Position numbers and translations under genes: made by a program
In this document: piece after piece, positions 8,264 through 16,780 of the stretch
How positions within the stretch are numbered: the first letter of the stretch is position 1
Layout of the letters: the number at the start of each line of letters is the position of its first letter
Notes under the pieces: generated by a model
Databases searched by the model: none
Told to the model about the DNA's origin: nothing
The model's input: only the letters and a program-made list of their open reading frames with translations
Virus record (IMG/VR): IMGVR_UViG_3300037011_000237
Reading direction: 5' to 3' (one strand)
Source: an uncultured virus (IMG/VR IMGVR_UViG_3300037011_000237)
Lineage: Duplodnaviria > Heunggongvirae > Uroviricota > Caudoviricetes
DNA length: 36,634 nt

Positions 8264-8691
8264 ATATAATATATGATGATTTTCTTAATAATAATTGTAC
8301 TTATACAATAGTAACTACTTGTAATTCTTTTAATAAGTATGGTGAATTAGTTATGGGTAAGGGAGCTGCATTAGCATTTAAAAAGAAATACCCAGAAAGT
8401 AATGTTTTTAGTTCTTTAGTAAAACAAAAAATGGACTCTTCAGGGTATTATGGTTTTATTAGACATGGAAATTTGGGCATTTTTCAGGTAAAATATGATT
8501 TTAAAAATCCTGCTTATTTAGAGTTAATAGAACAATCTGCTCTTGAATTAACTAAATTTGCTAAATCTCATAAAAATTGGACATTTGCAATGAATTTTCC
8601 GGGGATTGGTGCAGGAGAATTAGGTCCAGATGATGTCATGTCCATAGTTTCTAAACTACCAGATAATGTTTTTCTGTACATAAGAGAATAA
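8260..8691 (+). CDS. macrodomain (ADP-ribose binding/hydrolase) protein
   Basis: VTTCN...GELVMGKGAALAFKKKYP, FQVK, FPGIGAGEL. Confidence 0.75.
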   Translation: MNIIYDDFLNNNCTYTIVTTCNSFNKYGELVMGKGAALAFKKKYPESNVFSSLVKQKMDSSGYYGFIRHGNLGIFQVKYDFKNPAYLELIEQSALELTKFAKSHKNWTFAMNFPGIGAGELGPDDVMSIVSKLPDNVFLYIRE

Positions 8692-8693
8692 GA

Positions 8694-11093
8694 ATGTATT
8701 TTAAAGATGTAAGACCAATATCAGAACCAGCAATGAATATTCTTAGGAAAAGATATTTTTTACCCACAGAATCTTCATGGAAGGATATAGTAAATAGAGT
8801 TATTACTACTGTCCTAGGTGATTGTAAGGATGAGGAACAAAAAGAACTAACTACAGAAATGATTATCAATAGATATTTTGTTCCTAATTCTCCTTGTTTA
8901 GTAAATAGTGGAAAAGAAAATGGAGGTCTTGCCGCTTGTTTTGTTATAGATTTTCCTGATACTATTGAAGGAATTTATAGAACTAAATTTGATTTTGCTA
9001 GAATTGCAAGAAAAGGTGGGGGTTGTGGAACAACTCTAAGTAAATTAAGACCGGAAGGTGCAATAGTAAGTGGTTCTGCACATGGATATGCAGGTGGTCC
9101 AATTAAATTTGCCGATACTGTTTCTCATGATATGGATGCTTTAACTCAATCAGGATTTAGAGAAATGGCTGTCTTATTTTCTATGAGTGTATATCATCCA
9201 GATATTTTAAAATTTATTAATGCTAAATCAATAGAAGGAAAAATTTCAAACGCAAATATATCTGTAGTAGTTGACAATAATTTTATGCAATTAGTAGAAA
9301 ATGATTCTGAATATCACACATTTTTTATGTATGAAGATGGACCCAAACAAGGTCCAACATATAAAGCAAGAGATATTTTCAATTTAATAGTGGATGGTGC
9401 TTGGAAAAATGGTGAGCCAGGAATTTTATTTTATGATAGAATGAATAATTCTCCATATAAATATTCTAAACAAGAAATTATGACTTGTAATCCTTGTTTA
9501 TCTGGAAATACTTTTATTCAAACAGTAGAAGGAAAAATAAAAATAAAGGATTTGGTAGGAAAAGAAATTGATGTATATTGTATGTCCGATGATGGAACAT
9601 TAGAAATTAGCAAGGCAATTAATATTAGAAAAACAAAAATAGATGCACAAATAATTAGGGTTCAAACAAGTAGAGGTCATATTATTTGTACTCCAGACCA
9701 TTTAATTTACACAAAAAATAGGGGTTATGTTCAAGCAAAAGATTTAACTTTAAAAGATAGATTAGTAGGACTATGCAGAAAAATGCATGGAGAACATTAT
9801 TGTTCTGTTTCTCTTACTGGAAATAATAAATATGAAAAAGAACATAGATTTATAATGAGACATTATTCAGATATATCAGATAAAATAGTACATCATATAG
9901 ATGGAAATTTTCTAAATAATATAAAATCTAATCTAGAACCATTGGACAGACTATATCATAATAGTGTTTCTAATCTCAACCACTTAGATTGGAATGAACA
10001 TGATTCTTTAGGAAGATTTATAAAAAAAGATATTCATAAGAAAAAACAACAATTACAACTAGAGGGTAACTTTCCAAAAGGGTCTAACTTGTCTATTTTA
10101 GGAATAGAACATTTGCCATATAAAGAAGATGTATATGATATGGAAGTAGAAAAATATCATAATTTTATTGCAAATGATTTGATCGTTCATAACTGCGGAG
10201 AACAAGGACTTCCTTTTAATGGTGTTTGTAACTTAGGTTCTTTAGATATTTCTAAATTTCTTATAGAAGATAAAATTTTAGATTTAAAAAAATTAGAGGT
10301 TGCTGTTAGATTAGGAATTAGATTTTTAGATGCAGTTATTGACAAAACATCATATCCTACAGAAGAAATTGAAAGATGGTCAAAAAATAATAGACCTGTA
10401 GGATTAGGTATAATGGGAATAGCAGATTATTTTCTAATGAAAGAACTTGCTTATGGTTCTGATCAATCATTGGGAGATTTAGCATTTGTTCTGGATTTTA
10501 TTTATAAAATTGCAGAAGATGAATCTATAAAACTTGGAGAAGAATATGGAATTCCAAAAGCCTGTAAGAAATTACCAAGTCCCAGAAGGAACATTACTCT
10601 ACTCACTGTTGCACCTACAGGAACAGTTTCGCTTATTGCTGGTTGCAGTTCTGGAATCGAGCCAATTTTTTCAGAAATTGTTATTAGGAATGACAAAACT
10701 GGTACATACACTTTCGAAAATAATTTAGCAGAAATGCCATATTTTAGATGTGCAGTTTCTGCTAATGGTGCTACAGAAGTAACTTGGGAAGAACATGTTA
10801 AAATACAAGCAACCGCACAAACATATGTAGATTCTGGTGTTTCTAAAACAATTAATTTCCCTAATCATACACATAGGGAAACTATTTATGATGCTTTTAT
10901 TTTGGCATGGAAATTAGGTTGTAAAGGTTTAACTGTTTATAGAAACATGAGCCGAAAAGTTGAAGTTCTTACTCCGAAGAATATTAAAAAGAATTTGTGT
11001 CCTGTTTGTGGTAAAGAACTAATTGAAATAGATAGTATTAAAAAATGTCCAGAAGTTTCTTGTGGATTTATATTAACCGAAATTTCTCAATAA
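8694..11093 (+). CDS. nrdJ: class II (B12-dependent) ribonucleotide reductase with intein and C-terminal Zn ribbon
   Basis: PNSPCL.N, LAACF, GGGCG, NANISV, GEPG, NP/CGEQ, CNLGS, GLGIMG, TVAPTGTVS, SKTIN, C-terminal CPVCG...CPEVSCG; no beta subunit nearby. Confidence 0.88.
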   Translation: MYFKDVRPISEPAMNILRKRYFLPTESSWKDIVNRVITTVLGDCKDEEQKELTTEMIINRYFVPNSPCLVNSGKENGGLAACFVIDFPDTIEGIYRTKFDFARIARKGGGCGTTLSKLRPEGAIVSGSAHGYAGGPIKFADTVSHDMDALTQSGFREMAVLFSMSVYHPDILKFINAKSIEGKISNANISVVVDNNFMQLVENDSEYHTFFMYEDGPKQGPTYKARDIFNLIVDGAWKNGEPGILFYDRMNNSPYKYSKQEIMTCNPCLSGNTFIQTVEGKIKIKDLVGKEIDVYCMSDDGTLEISKAINIRKTKIDAQIIRVQTSRGHIICTPDHLIYTKNRGYVQAKDLTLKDRLVGLCRKMHGEHYCSVSLTGNNKYEKEHRFIMRHYSDISDKIVHHIDGNFLNNIKSNLEPLDRLYHNSVSNLNHLDWNEHDSLGRFIKKDIHKKKQQLQLEGNFPKGSNLSILGIEHLPYKEDVYDMEVEKYHNFIANDLIVHNCGEQGLPFNGVCNLGSLDISKFLIEDKILDLKKLEVAVRLGIRFLDAVIDKTSYPTEEIERWSKNNRPVGLGIMGIADYFLMKELAYGSDQSLGDLAFVLDFIYKIAEDESIKLGEEYGIPKACKKLPSPRRNITLLTVAPTGTVSLIAGCSSGIEPIFSEIVIRNDKTGTYTFENNLAEMPYFRCAVSANGATEVTWEEHVKIQATAQTYVDSGVSKTINFPNHTHRETIYDAFILAWKLGCKGLTVYRNMSRKVEVLTPKNIKKNLCPVCGKELIEIDSIKKCPEVSCGFILTEISQ
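9495..10193 (+). mobile_element. intein (233 aa) with HNH endonuclease in the RNR active-site NPCGE loop
   Basis: starts CLSGNT, block B CTPDH, HNH HHIDGNFLNN..SNL, ends VYDMEVEKYHNFIANDLIVHN followed by Cys. Confidence 0.92.
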
Positions 11094-11134
11094 ATTATAT
11101 AGTCCCGTTACATAAAAATGAAAGGTAGGTAGTC

Positions 11135-11803
11135 ATGCTCGCTGGTGGTACTAGAGTGTTATCTGTATATGAAGGTGCAATTTCTATTGCTGATATTATT
11201 AAAAGAGATAGAAAAGAAGTACTATTATATTCTTTTGATGATGAAACAAAACTTCCTGCACTTGCTAGAATAGAAGAAATTATCGAAACAAGTGAAGATT
11301 GTGTTTTTGATATTGAATTTGATTCTGGATTAAAAGTTCTTTGTTCTGCTACTCAAGAATTTCTTACATTTAGAGCATATCCACAACAGGCAAATACTTT
11401 ACAAACAGTACAATCAATCAGAGCATTTTCTATGTCATTACATAAAGATGGACATTATAGAGTTCATGGATTTGTTAATAATAAACCAAAACATCAGTAT
11501 GTTGCTAGAATGGTTTGGGAATATTTTAATGGTAAAATACCAAAAGGTATTATTTTGCACCACAAGGATTACAATAAGTTGAACAACCATATAGGTAATT
11601 TTGAATTGGTTTCAAACAGTTTGCACAGTTCTATTCATGCAGATGATAGAAGAAATCATAAAATAACCACTATTATTTCTAGTATAGGAAATGACCATCC
11701 AATAAAAATGTATTCATTTATTTTAGATAAACATAATTCTATTGTTGTTGCAGATGATACGCCAGTTGCTGGATGTAATTCTGGTATATTTGTGAGGAGT
11801 TAA
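11135..11803 (+). CDS. free-standing degenerate Hint (intein-like) protein with HNH domain
   Basis: MLAGGTRV resembles block A with Cys1 replaced by Met; block B CSATQEF lacks TxxH; HNH LHHKDYNKLNNHIGNF; block F/G-like end MYSFILDKHNSIVV...GIFVRS-stop. Confidence 0.7.
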   Translation: MLAGGTRVLSVYEGAISIADIIKRDRKEVLLYSFDDETKLPALARIEEIIETSEDCVFDIEFDSGLKVLCSATQEFLTFRAYPQQANTLQTVQSIRAFSMSLHKDGHYRVHGFVNNKPKHQYVARMVWEYFNGKIPKGIILHHKDYNKLNNHIGNFELVSNSLHSSIHADDRRNHKITTIISSIGNDHPIKMYSFILDKHNSIVVADDTPVAGCNSGIFVRS

Positions 11804-12618
11804 TGTATAAAGTAACAGAATGTAAAAACCCAAAATATTTTTTATCTTGGGGGAAGGGATTACAGTCCACTTGTTTAGGGGTAATGGCAACACAAGGATT
11901 AATAAAAAAACCAGATGCAATTATTACTTCCGAAACAGGCTGGGAACATCCGCATACTTATGTTGCACAAGAATATTATAAAAAATATTTTGAGGATAAT
12001 AATATTCCTGTTTATATAGTACAAGAGGGAGATATAAAAAAATCTATAGGACTAGAAAGAATTACTTTGCCTTTATGGAATAATAATACTGGAGCACCCC
12101 TACAAAGAAGATGTACCTTTTTTTATAAAATTAAACCACTCAGAAAAAAGGCTAGAGAACTTTGTGGTCTTAGATTAGATAACAAAGGTAGAACTTTAAA
12201 AAATACTATTATTTTATATTTGGGAATTTCATATGACGAAGCAGAAAGAATGAGAGATTCTGATAGAAATTACATTAAAAATGAATACCCACTTATTGAT
12301 TTAAAGTGGACCAGAAATGATTGTGCAAATTATCTTTTATCTTTAAATCTTCCAGTTCCTATGAAGAGTGCTTGTGTAATTTGCCCATATAAAGATACTA
12401 AATTTTGGGAACATACTAAACTTACTTATCCAGAAGTATTTAAAGAAGCTATTATATTTGACGAAAAAATTAGAACACCACCAAAAAATATGGTAGATAG
12501 AGGATATAACTTTAAATTATTTGTATATAAAAAATGTATACCCCTTTCGGAAGCTAATTTTTCTACTGAAATAAAAGAAAAACAAGATATTTGTGACGCC
12601 GGTTATTGTTTTGTATAA
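11803..12618 (+). CDS. PAPS-reductase-like / PP-loop (HUP) family protein
   Basis: LSWGKGLQST, ETGWEHP, RRCT..YKIKP, GISYDEAER, YPLID, PMKSACVICPY, C-terminal CDAGYCFV. Confidence 0.7.
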   Translation: MYKVTECKNPKYFLSWGKGLQSTCLGVMATQGLIKKPDAIITSETGWEHPHTYVAQEYYKKYFEDNNIPVYIVQEGDIKKSIGLERITLPLWNNNTGAPLQRRCTFFYKIKPLRKKARELCGLRLDNKGRTLKNTIILYLGISYDEAERMRDSDRNYIKNEYPLIDLKWTRNDCANYLLSLNLPVPMKSACVICPYKDTKFWEHTKLTYPEVFKEAIIFDEKIRTPPKNMVDRGYNFKLFVYKKCIPLSEANFSTEIKEKQDICDAGYCFV

Positions 12619-12634
12619 CTTTAATTTTTGACAA

Positions 12635-12666
12635 AAAAAATACCCACAAATTTGTGGGTATTTTTT
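12635..12666. terminator. bidirectional intrinsic terminator between convergent operons
   Basis: perfect palindrome AAAAAATACCCACAAA/TTTGTGGGTATTTTTT with U-tracts on both strands. Confidence 0.85.
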
Positions 12667-12692
12667 CTATACAAATAATTGTATAATAATTG

Positions 12693-13001
12693 CTAATCTA
12701 TTTCTATTTCTGAATCATCTAAACCATAATTTGAATAAAATATTTCTTCTAATTTTGCTTCAAAACCAGTATCTTCGAATTCACATCCTAGTAATATAGC
12801 ATCTCCTTTTATATCATTTATATAGTCCATTACAAATTCTGGAGAATCAAAATCTTCCAGTGGAATAATTTCATATATTATTCTTTTTTCTACCTCCGGT
12901 AAATATAATATAATATAAACTTGAGGTTCTTCTACTTCTTCAAAACCAGGAGTTACTCCAGTATCTACATCTACTATTAATTTTGCACCATTAGAAATCA
13001 T
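12693..13001 (-). CDS. highly acidic hypothetical protein
   Basis: 102 aa, D/E-rich; last gene of the minus-strand operon. Confidence 0.65.
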   Translation of the reverse strand: MISNGAKLIVDVDTGVTPGFEEVEEPQVYIILYLPEVEKRIIYEIIPLEDFDSPEFVMDYINDIKGDAILLGCEFEDTGFEAKLEEIFYSNYGLDDSEIEID

Positions 13002-13395
13002 TATAACTAATCACTCCTTTTTTTTCTTCATGCAAATAATGTTCTCTTAATGAATTTGCATCAAATGAAGAATTTTGTTCCGCATCTGTATAAACAATAA
13101 TACAATTTGTATCCGGAAGTTTCCTTATCCTATTATAAGTTAAATCAATATAATTTTCTCCTTGAGCAATTGTTCTATAAAATGAAAACTCATCCATATT
13201 ATATTTACTAGAGTGTAATTCTATAAGTAATTCTTCGGTTAAATCAAAAACATCTTGTCCTTCATATAAATATCTTCCAAGTACAATAATATTTTCTACA
13301 TCATTCATAGTAAGATCATCAAAATTTACCTCCTCTCCTATAAGAAGAAAACTACTACTGCTTGAATTTGAAACAAATCCTTGTCTTACTTTCAT
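12991..13395 (-). CDS. MKxRxGFVSNSSS-motif protein 4 (134 aa)
   Basis: internal start MKVRQGFVSNSSSSSF with AAGGAGG SD. Confidence 0.8.
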   Translation of the reverse strand: MKVRQGFVSNSSSSSFLLIGEEVNFDDLTMNDVENIIVLGRYLYEGQDVFDLTEELLIELHSSKYNMDEFSFYRTIAQGENYIDLTYNRIRKLPDTNCIIVYTDAEQNSSFDANSLREHYLHEEKKGVISYNDF

Positions 13396-13611
13396 GTTAC
13401 CTCCTTGATTAGTTGCTAATAAATATAAAAAACAAAAAACTGGAGCAATTAAAACACTCTCTGCCAAACTAAAAATAAGTAGAATACTTCTTGGAACCAA
13501 ACCTAAAATTAGATTACTTAAAGAAAACGTATCAAATCCAAATATCCATATAATAAAAAAAGTAAGAAACCCTTTTAAAACAAATTTTAAATTAATTTTT
13601 TTATCCATCAT
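13396..13611 (-). CDS. hydrophobic membrane segment, in frame with motif protein 4 (no intervening stop)
   Basis: GGAGG SD before ATGATG at 13611; two hydrophobic stretches. Confidence 0.55.
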
Positions 13612-13909
13612 ACCAACCTCCATAATGAATTCCAATTTCCTCAACAGGAACATTTAATCCGATATTTGATAAAGCATACATAACTCTATGTTTAAATTCA
13701 TTTAAAGTTTCATGTTCAAACATTTTAGTTATTTCTAAACCAATAGCACATAAATCTCCAGCCTCATCTGTAGAACACACATCTATTATAGAATCGTTAT
13801 AATAAGTTTCAAGATCATTCTCAGTAAATTCACTTTTACGTTTAATAATACCAGTAATACAAAAACTTGTTGAAGAACTATTAGAAACAAATCCCGTTCT
13901 AATTTTCAT
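13601..13909 (-). CDS. MKxRxGFVSNSSS-motif protein 3
   Basis: starts MKIRTGFVSNSSSTSF; AAGGAG SD. Confidence 0.85.
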   Translation of the reverse strand: MKIRTGFVSNSSSTSFCITGIIKRKSEFTENDLETYYNDSIIDVCSTDEAGDLCAIGLEITKMFEHETLNEFKHRVMYALSNIGLNVPVEEIGIHYGGWYDG

Positions 13910-13919
13910 TTTTCTCCTT

Positions 13920-14210
13920 TCAACTATGCCACCAGTTTATATCTTTCGATTTTACACCAATACTTCCAAGAAAATTATTCATATCAAAGTTATCCATAGC
14001 ACACACTCCAAGTATATTACCATCACGTTCTGTAATTTCCCATTCATCATAGTTATTAAGTTCATAATTATCCGGATTTCCAAATCCTGAATGTTTTGAT
14101 ATTTCAAAATGATTTTGTATTTGTAATACTTGTAAATCTGTTAATTTACTTTTACTAATAATAAAAGAACTGCTTGAAGAATTAGAAACAAAACCTGTTC
14201 TAGTTTTCAT
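13920..14210 (-). CDS. MKxRxGFVSNSSS-motif protein 2
   Basis: starts MKTRTGFVSNSSSSSF. Confidence 0.85.
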   Translation of the reverse strand: MKTRTGFVSNSSSSSFIISKSKLTDLQVLQIQNHFEISKHSGFGNPDNYELNNYDEWEITERDGNILGVCAMDNFDMNNFLGSIGVKSKDINWWHS

Positions 14211-14216
14211 ATCATT

Positions 14217-14417
14217 TTATTCCTTTACTAATTTAAGACGAACTAAACAACCTTGTTGTTCAAATTCAGAAATATGTGCTAAATATGGCTGGTTATTATT
14301 ATCTTTATAATAAATAACAAATTCTGCATCACCAATAACAGCACCCTGTTCACAAAAATAACCCAAGCTTCTTGATTCTTCAAGTAGTTTGGCTATTTCT
14401 TTAGAAATCTTTATCAT
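14217..14417 (-). CDS. hypothetical protein
   Basis: 66 aa, AAGGAG SD. Confidence 0.6.
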   Translation of the reverse strand: MIKISKEIAKLLEESRSLGYFCEQGAVIGDAEFVIYYKDNNNQPYLAHISEFEQQGCLVRLKLVKE

Positions 14418-14429
14418 TATTTCTCCTTT

Positions 14430-14966
14430 TTAATGATATTCTTGTGTCCAAATAGCACTATTTTCTAATGCTTTTAATTCTTCAGGCAATTCTCCACCCA
14501 TCCCTTCATCCGATTCCCTAAAGAATAAAATATTATCTAAACCATGTTCACTAATTATTTCTTGGATTTCATTTGCTAATTCTTCAAAAATACTAAATGC
14601 ATCATTATCACGATCTGCTTCTTTTCGTAAAAATTTTATATACTTCATTAAATCATTACCAAAACAAATGGAAGTATATCTACCTAAATCACGCTCATGT
14701 GTTTTTAATATGGGTGCATATTTAACATAATGTTTAATTTTGATTGTACCAGAAACGGAATGATTTACAAAAATAAATCCATCATTTAATAGGCGTGCTT
14801 CCTTTTGCGCTTCAAAATCTACCCCAGTATTATTTTCTCTTTCAAAGATAACCTCAGTATCTTTTACTTCATAATTATAATTTGCTAAATGCCTATTAGT
14901 ATCATTTAATACTACTATAAAACTACTGCTACTTGAATTACTTACAAAACCTGTACGAATTTTCAT
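14430..14966 (-). CDS. MKxRxGFVSNSSS-motif protein 1
   Basis: starts MKIRTGFVSNSSSSSF; AAGGAG SD. Confidence 0.85.
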   Translation of the reverse strand: MKIRTGFVSNSSSSSFIVVLNDTNRHLANYNYEVKDTEVIFERENNTGVDFEAQKEARLLNDGFIFVNHSVSGTIKIKHYVKYAPILKTHERDLGRYTSICFGNDLMKYIKFLRKEADRDNDAFSIFEELANEIQEIISEHGLDNILFFRESDEGMGGELPEELKALENSAIWTQEYH

Positions 14967-15258
14967 CTCTCTCCTTTTTTAGAAACTCAATTGCACATTT
15001 TAAAGAACAGAAACTTCTAGAATTTTGTATTAAAACTTTATTTTTAATCTCAAAATATCTATTACTTTCCATATCAGTTATTTTACTCCACTCTTCATCT
15101 GTAACTAATTCTGGTTTATAATGCCAACCAGAATGTAAAATAGCAAAGTTATTAAATTCTTTATTATGATTAGCAAGTACTTTTTGAGTTAAAACTATTT
15201 GTACTATTGGTTCATTACAAGAATCTTCTGTACAATTTGCACATTCATACATTGTCAT
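14938..15258 (-). CDS. putative Zn-finger protein (CxxC...FCSxxC, TRASH/MYM-like)
   Basis: CANC near the N-terminus and FCSLKC near the C-terminus. Confidence 0.55.
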   Translation of the reverse strand: MTMYECANCTEDSCNEPIVQIVLTQKVLANHNKEFNNFAILHSGWHYKPELVTDEEWSKITDMESNRYFEIKNKVLIQNSRSFCSLKCAIEFLKKERDENSYRFCK

Positions 15259-15260
15259 AT

Positions 15261-15320
15261 TTAATCTCCATCTTCCATAATTTTAGAATCCAATTCTTCA
15301 TCATATTCTTCTGGGTTCAT
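15261..15320 (-). CDS. 19-aa acidic peptide MNPEEYDEELDSKIMEDGD (not in ORF track)
   Basis: GGAGG SD; fills the gap between neighbouring ORFs. Confidence 0.6.
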   Translation of the reverse strand: MNPEEYDEELDSKIMEDGD

Positions 15321-15396
15321 TATTATCCTCCGGTTATTCCATCAATGATATCATCAGTTAATATTTGTTCTAATTCTTCATCATATTCTTCTGGGT
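15292..15396. repeat. 25-bp direct repeat (15292-15316 and 15372-15396) encoding PEEYDEEL
   Basis: aattcttcatcatattcttctgggt twice, 80 bp apart. Confidence 0.9.
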
Positions 15397-15403
15397 CATT
15401 CAT
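15323..15403 (-). CDS. 26-aa acidic peptide MNDPEEYDEELEQILTDDIIDGITGG (not in ORF track)
   Basis: AAGGAG SD immediately after the radical SAM stop. Confidence 0.6.
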   Translation of the reverse strand: MNDPEEYDEELEQILTDDIIDGITGG

Positions 15404-15414
15404 TTATTTTCTCC

Positions 15415-16395
15415 TTATATTGTATATGCTGGACAATTTCTTCCACTATCAAGTAAAATATTTCTCCATAAAACTACAGAAGGATTATACCAAACATCCT
15501 GTAAAAAATCTTTACAATCTACTACACTTATTCCTTCATTATTTTCTGTAAAACTACATGGATAAAATGCTCCTTTTACATTAATATAAGCACTAAATAA
15601 ACCAGATTCACATGGTTCTACATATTCTTCTAATTCACACCATCTAGGATTTTTTTTAATATAATCCATAAATTTATTTGCAGTACAACTATCAAAACCA
15701 AATCTAATTCCATTTTCTAGTAAAATATCTACTAAATTATCAAATTCAGGAGTAGTTATAGGATGATAAGAAACCCCTCTACCTCTTTGTTTCAAAGAAA
15801 GAAATACAACAGCGTTTAAATTTTCCAATCTTGCATCATTTTGTATATCATATAAAAGCTTATAAACAGGAATTAATGTTTCTTTAGAAAGTAATTGGTG
15901 AATATTTGCTTGTTTTAATCCCTTATCAGTAAGTGTTTTAATTGCTGAATAACAAATTGGTTTATTATAATTACTTACAGAAACTGCTCCACAAATACCT
16001 GCCAAAAATGTTGACCAATCTTCATTTAAAAAAGAACCATTAAAAGTAATATTAGGAATAACATTGTGTTTTCTACAATATATCATCATTTTTTTCAAAT
16101 CCATATTTGCATTTAAATCTCCTACACCAAAAGCAACTTGTGTTAAATTACCTTTAACCTTATCAAAAATTATCTTAAATGTTTCAAAAGACATATTTTT
16201 TCCAATTACAGCATTACTTTTGTAACAAAAATTACAAACCCTATGACAAATAGTAGAAACTTCTATATCTAATATTTCTGGTCCAATTGGAGAAAAATCC
16301 GGATCATCTACTGTTGTTCTTCCCCATCTATTAAATTGTCCAGTTTCCAAATCAAACTTCCATTTATAATCTTTTGAATTAAAAATTCTAATCAT
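15415..16395 (-). CDS. radical SAM protein with SPASM/Twitch domain
   Basis: GPEILDIEVSTICHRVCNFCY (CxxxCxxC); C-terminal CESGLFSAYINVKGAFYPCSF ... CPAY. Confidence 0.9.
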   Translation of the reverse strand: MIRIFNSKDYKWKFDLETGQFNRWGRTTVDDPDFSPIGPEILDIEVSTICHRVCNFCYKSNAVIGKNMSFETFKIIFDKVKGNLTQVAFGVGDLNANMDLKKMMIYCRKHNVIPNITFNGSFLNEDWSTFLAGICGAVSVSNYNKPICYSAIKTLTDKGLKQANIHQLLSKETLIPVYKLLYDIQNDARLENLNAVVFLSLKQRGRGVSYHPITTPEFDNLVDILLENGIRFGFDSCTANKFMDYIKKNPRWCELEEYVEPCESGLFSAYINVKGAFYPCSFTENNEGISVVDCKDFLQDVWYNPSVVLWRNILLDSGRNCPAYTI

Positions 16396-16572
16396 TCATT
16401 CCTCCTCTATAGAAATACATTCTTCTATTTCTTCATTAGTATATCCATAACTTTTTAATAAAGCAACAGCCTCATAAATAGACTCGAAATAATGAATATT
16501 GTCTGCTTTATTTAAAAGATATTCTTTGCCATTAATACTAATACCATTTATTGCTCTTCCTATAATAAACAT
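16396..16572 (-). CDS. 58-aa hypothetical protein (not in ORF track)
   Basis: MFIIGRAINGISINGKEYLL...; GGAGG SD; coupled on both sides. Confidence 0.6.
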   Translation of the reverse strand: MFIIGRAINGISINGKEYLLNKADNIHYFESIYEAVALLKSYGYTNEEIEECISIEEE

Positions 16573-16772
16573 TATTCCTCCATAAAATTACATAACATTT
16601 GGGATTTATGTTCTAATTCTAAAAGAGTTGCTACTTTATATGCTTCCGCTAAAGATATAGAATGAATTATTTTATTAGTTTCTCTATGTTTAACTTCATA
16701 ATATTCTTTGGTAAAAATCTTATAATAAGTTACAATACAATTATTATAATAAGGATTAATTACTTTTTTCAT
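16572..16772 (-). CDS. hypothetical protein
   Basis: 66-aa ORF in operon. Confidence 0.55.
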   Translation of the reverse strand: MKKVINPYYNNCIVTYYKIFTKEYYEVKHRETNKIIHSISLAEAYKVATLLELEHKSQMLCNFMEE

Positions 16773-16780
16773 TTTAACTC

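Noticed and set aside
13348..14966. SNSSS motif as a DNA repeat, diversity-generating cassette or recombination site
   Set aside because: Codons differ at synonymous positions (TCN versus AGY), and no reverse transcriptase or recombinase is adjacent; conservation is at protein level
15292..15396. 25-bp direct repeat as a mini-CRISPR array
   Set aside because: Only two copies, 55-bp spacer, non-palindromic, in frame within SD-led peptides, and no cas genes
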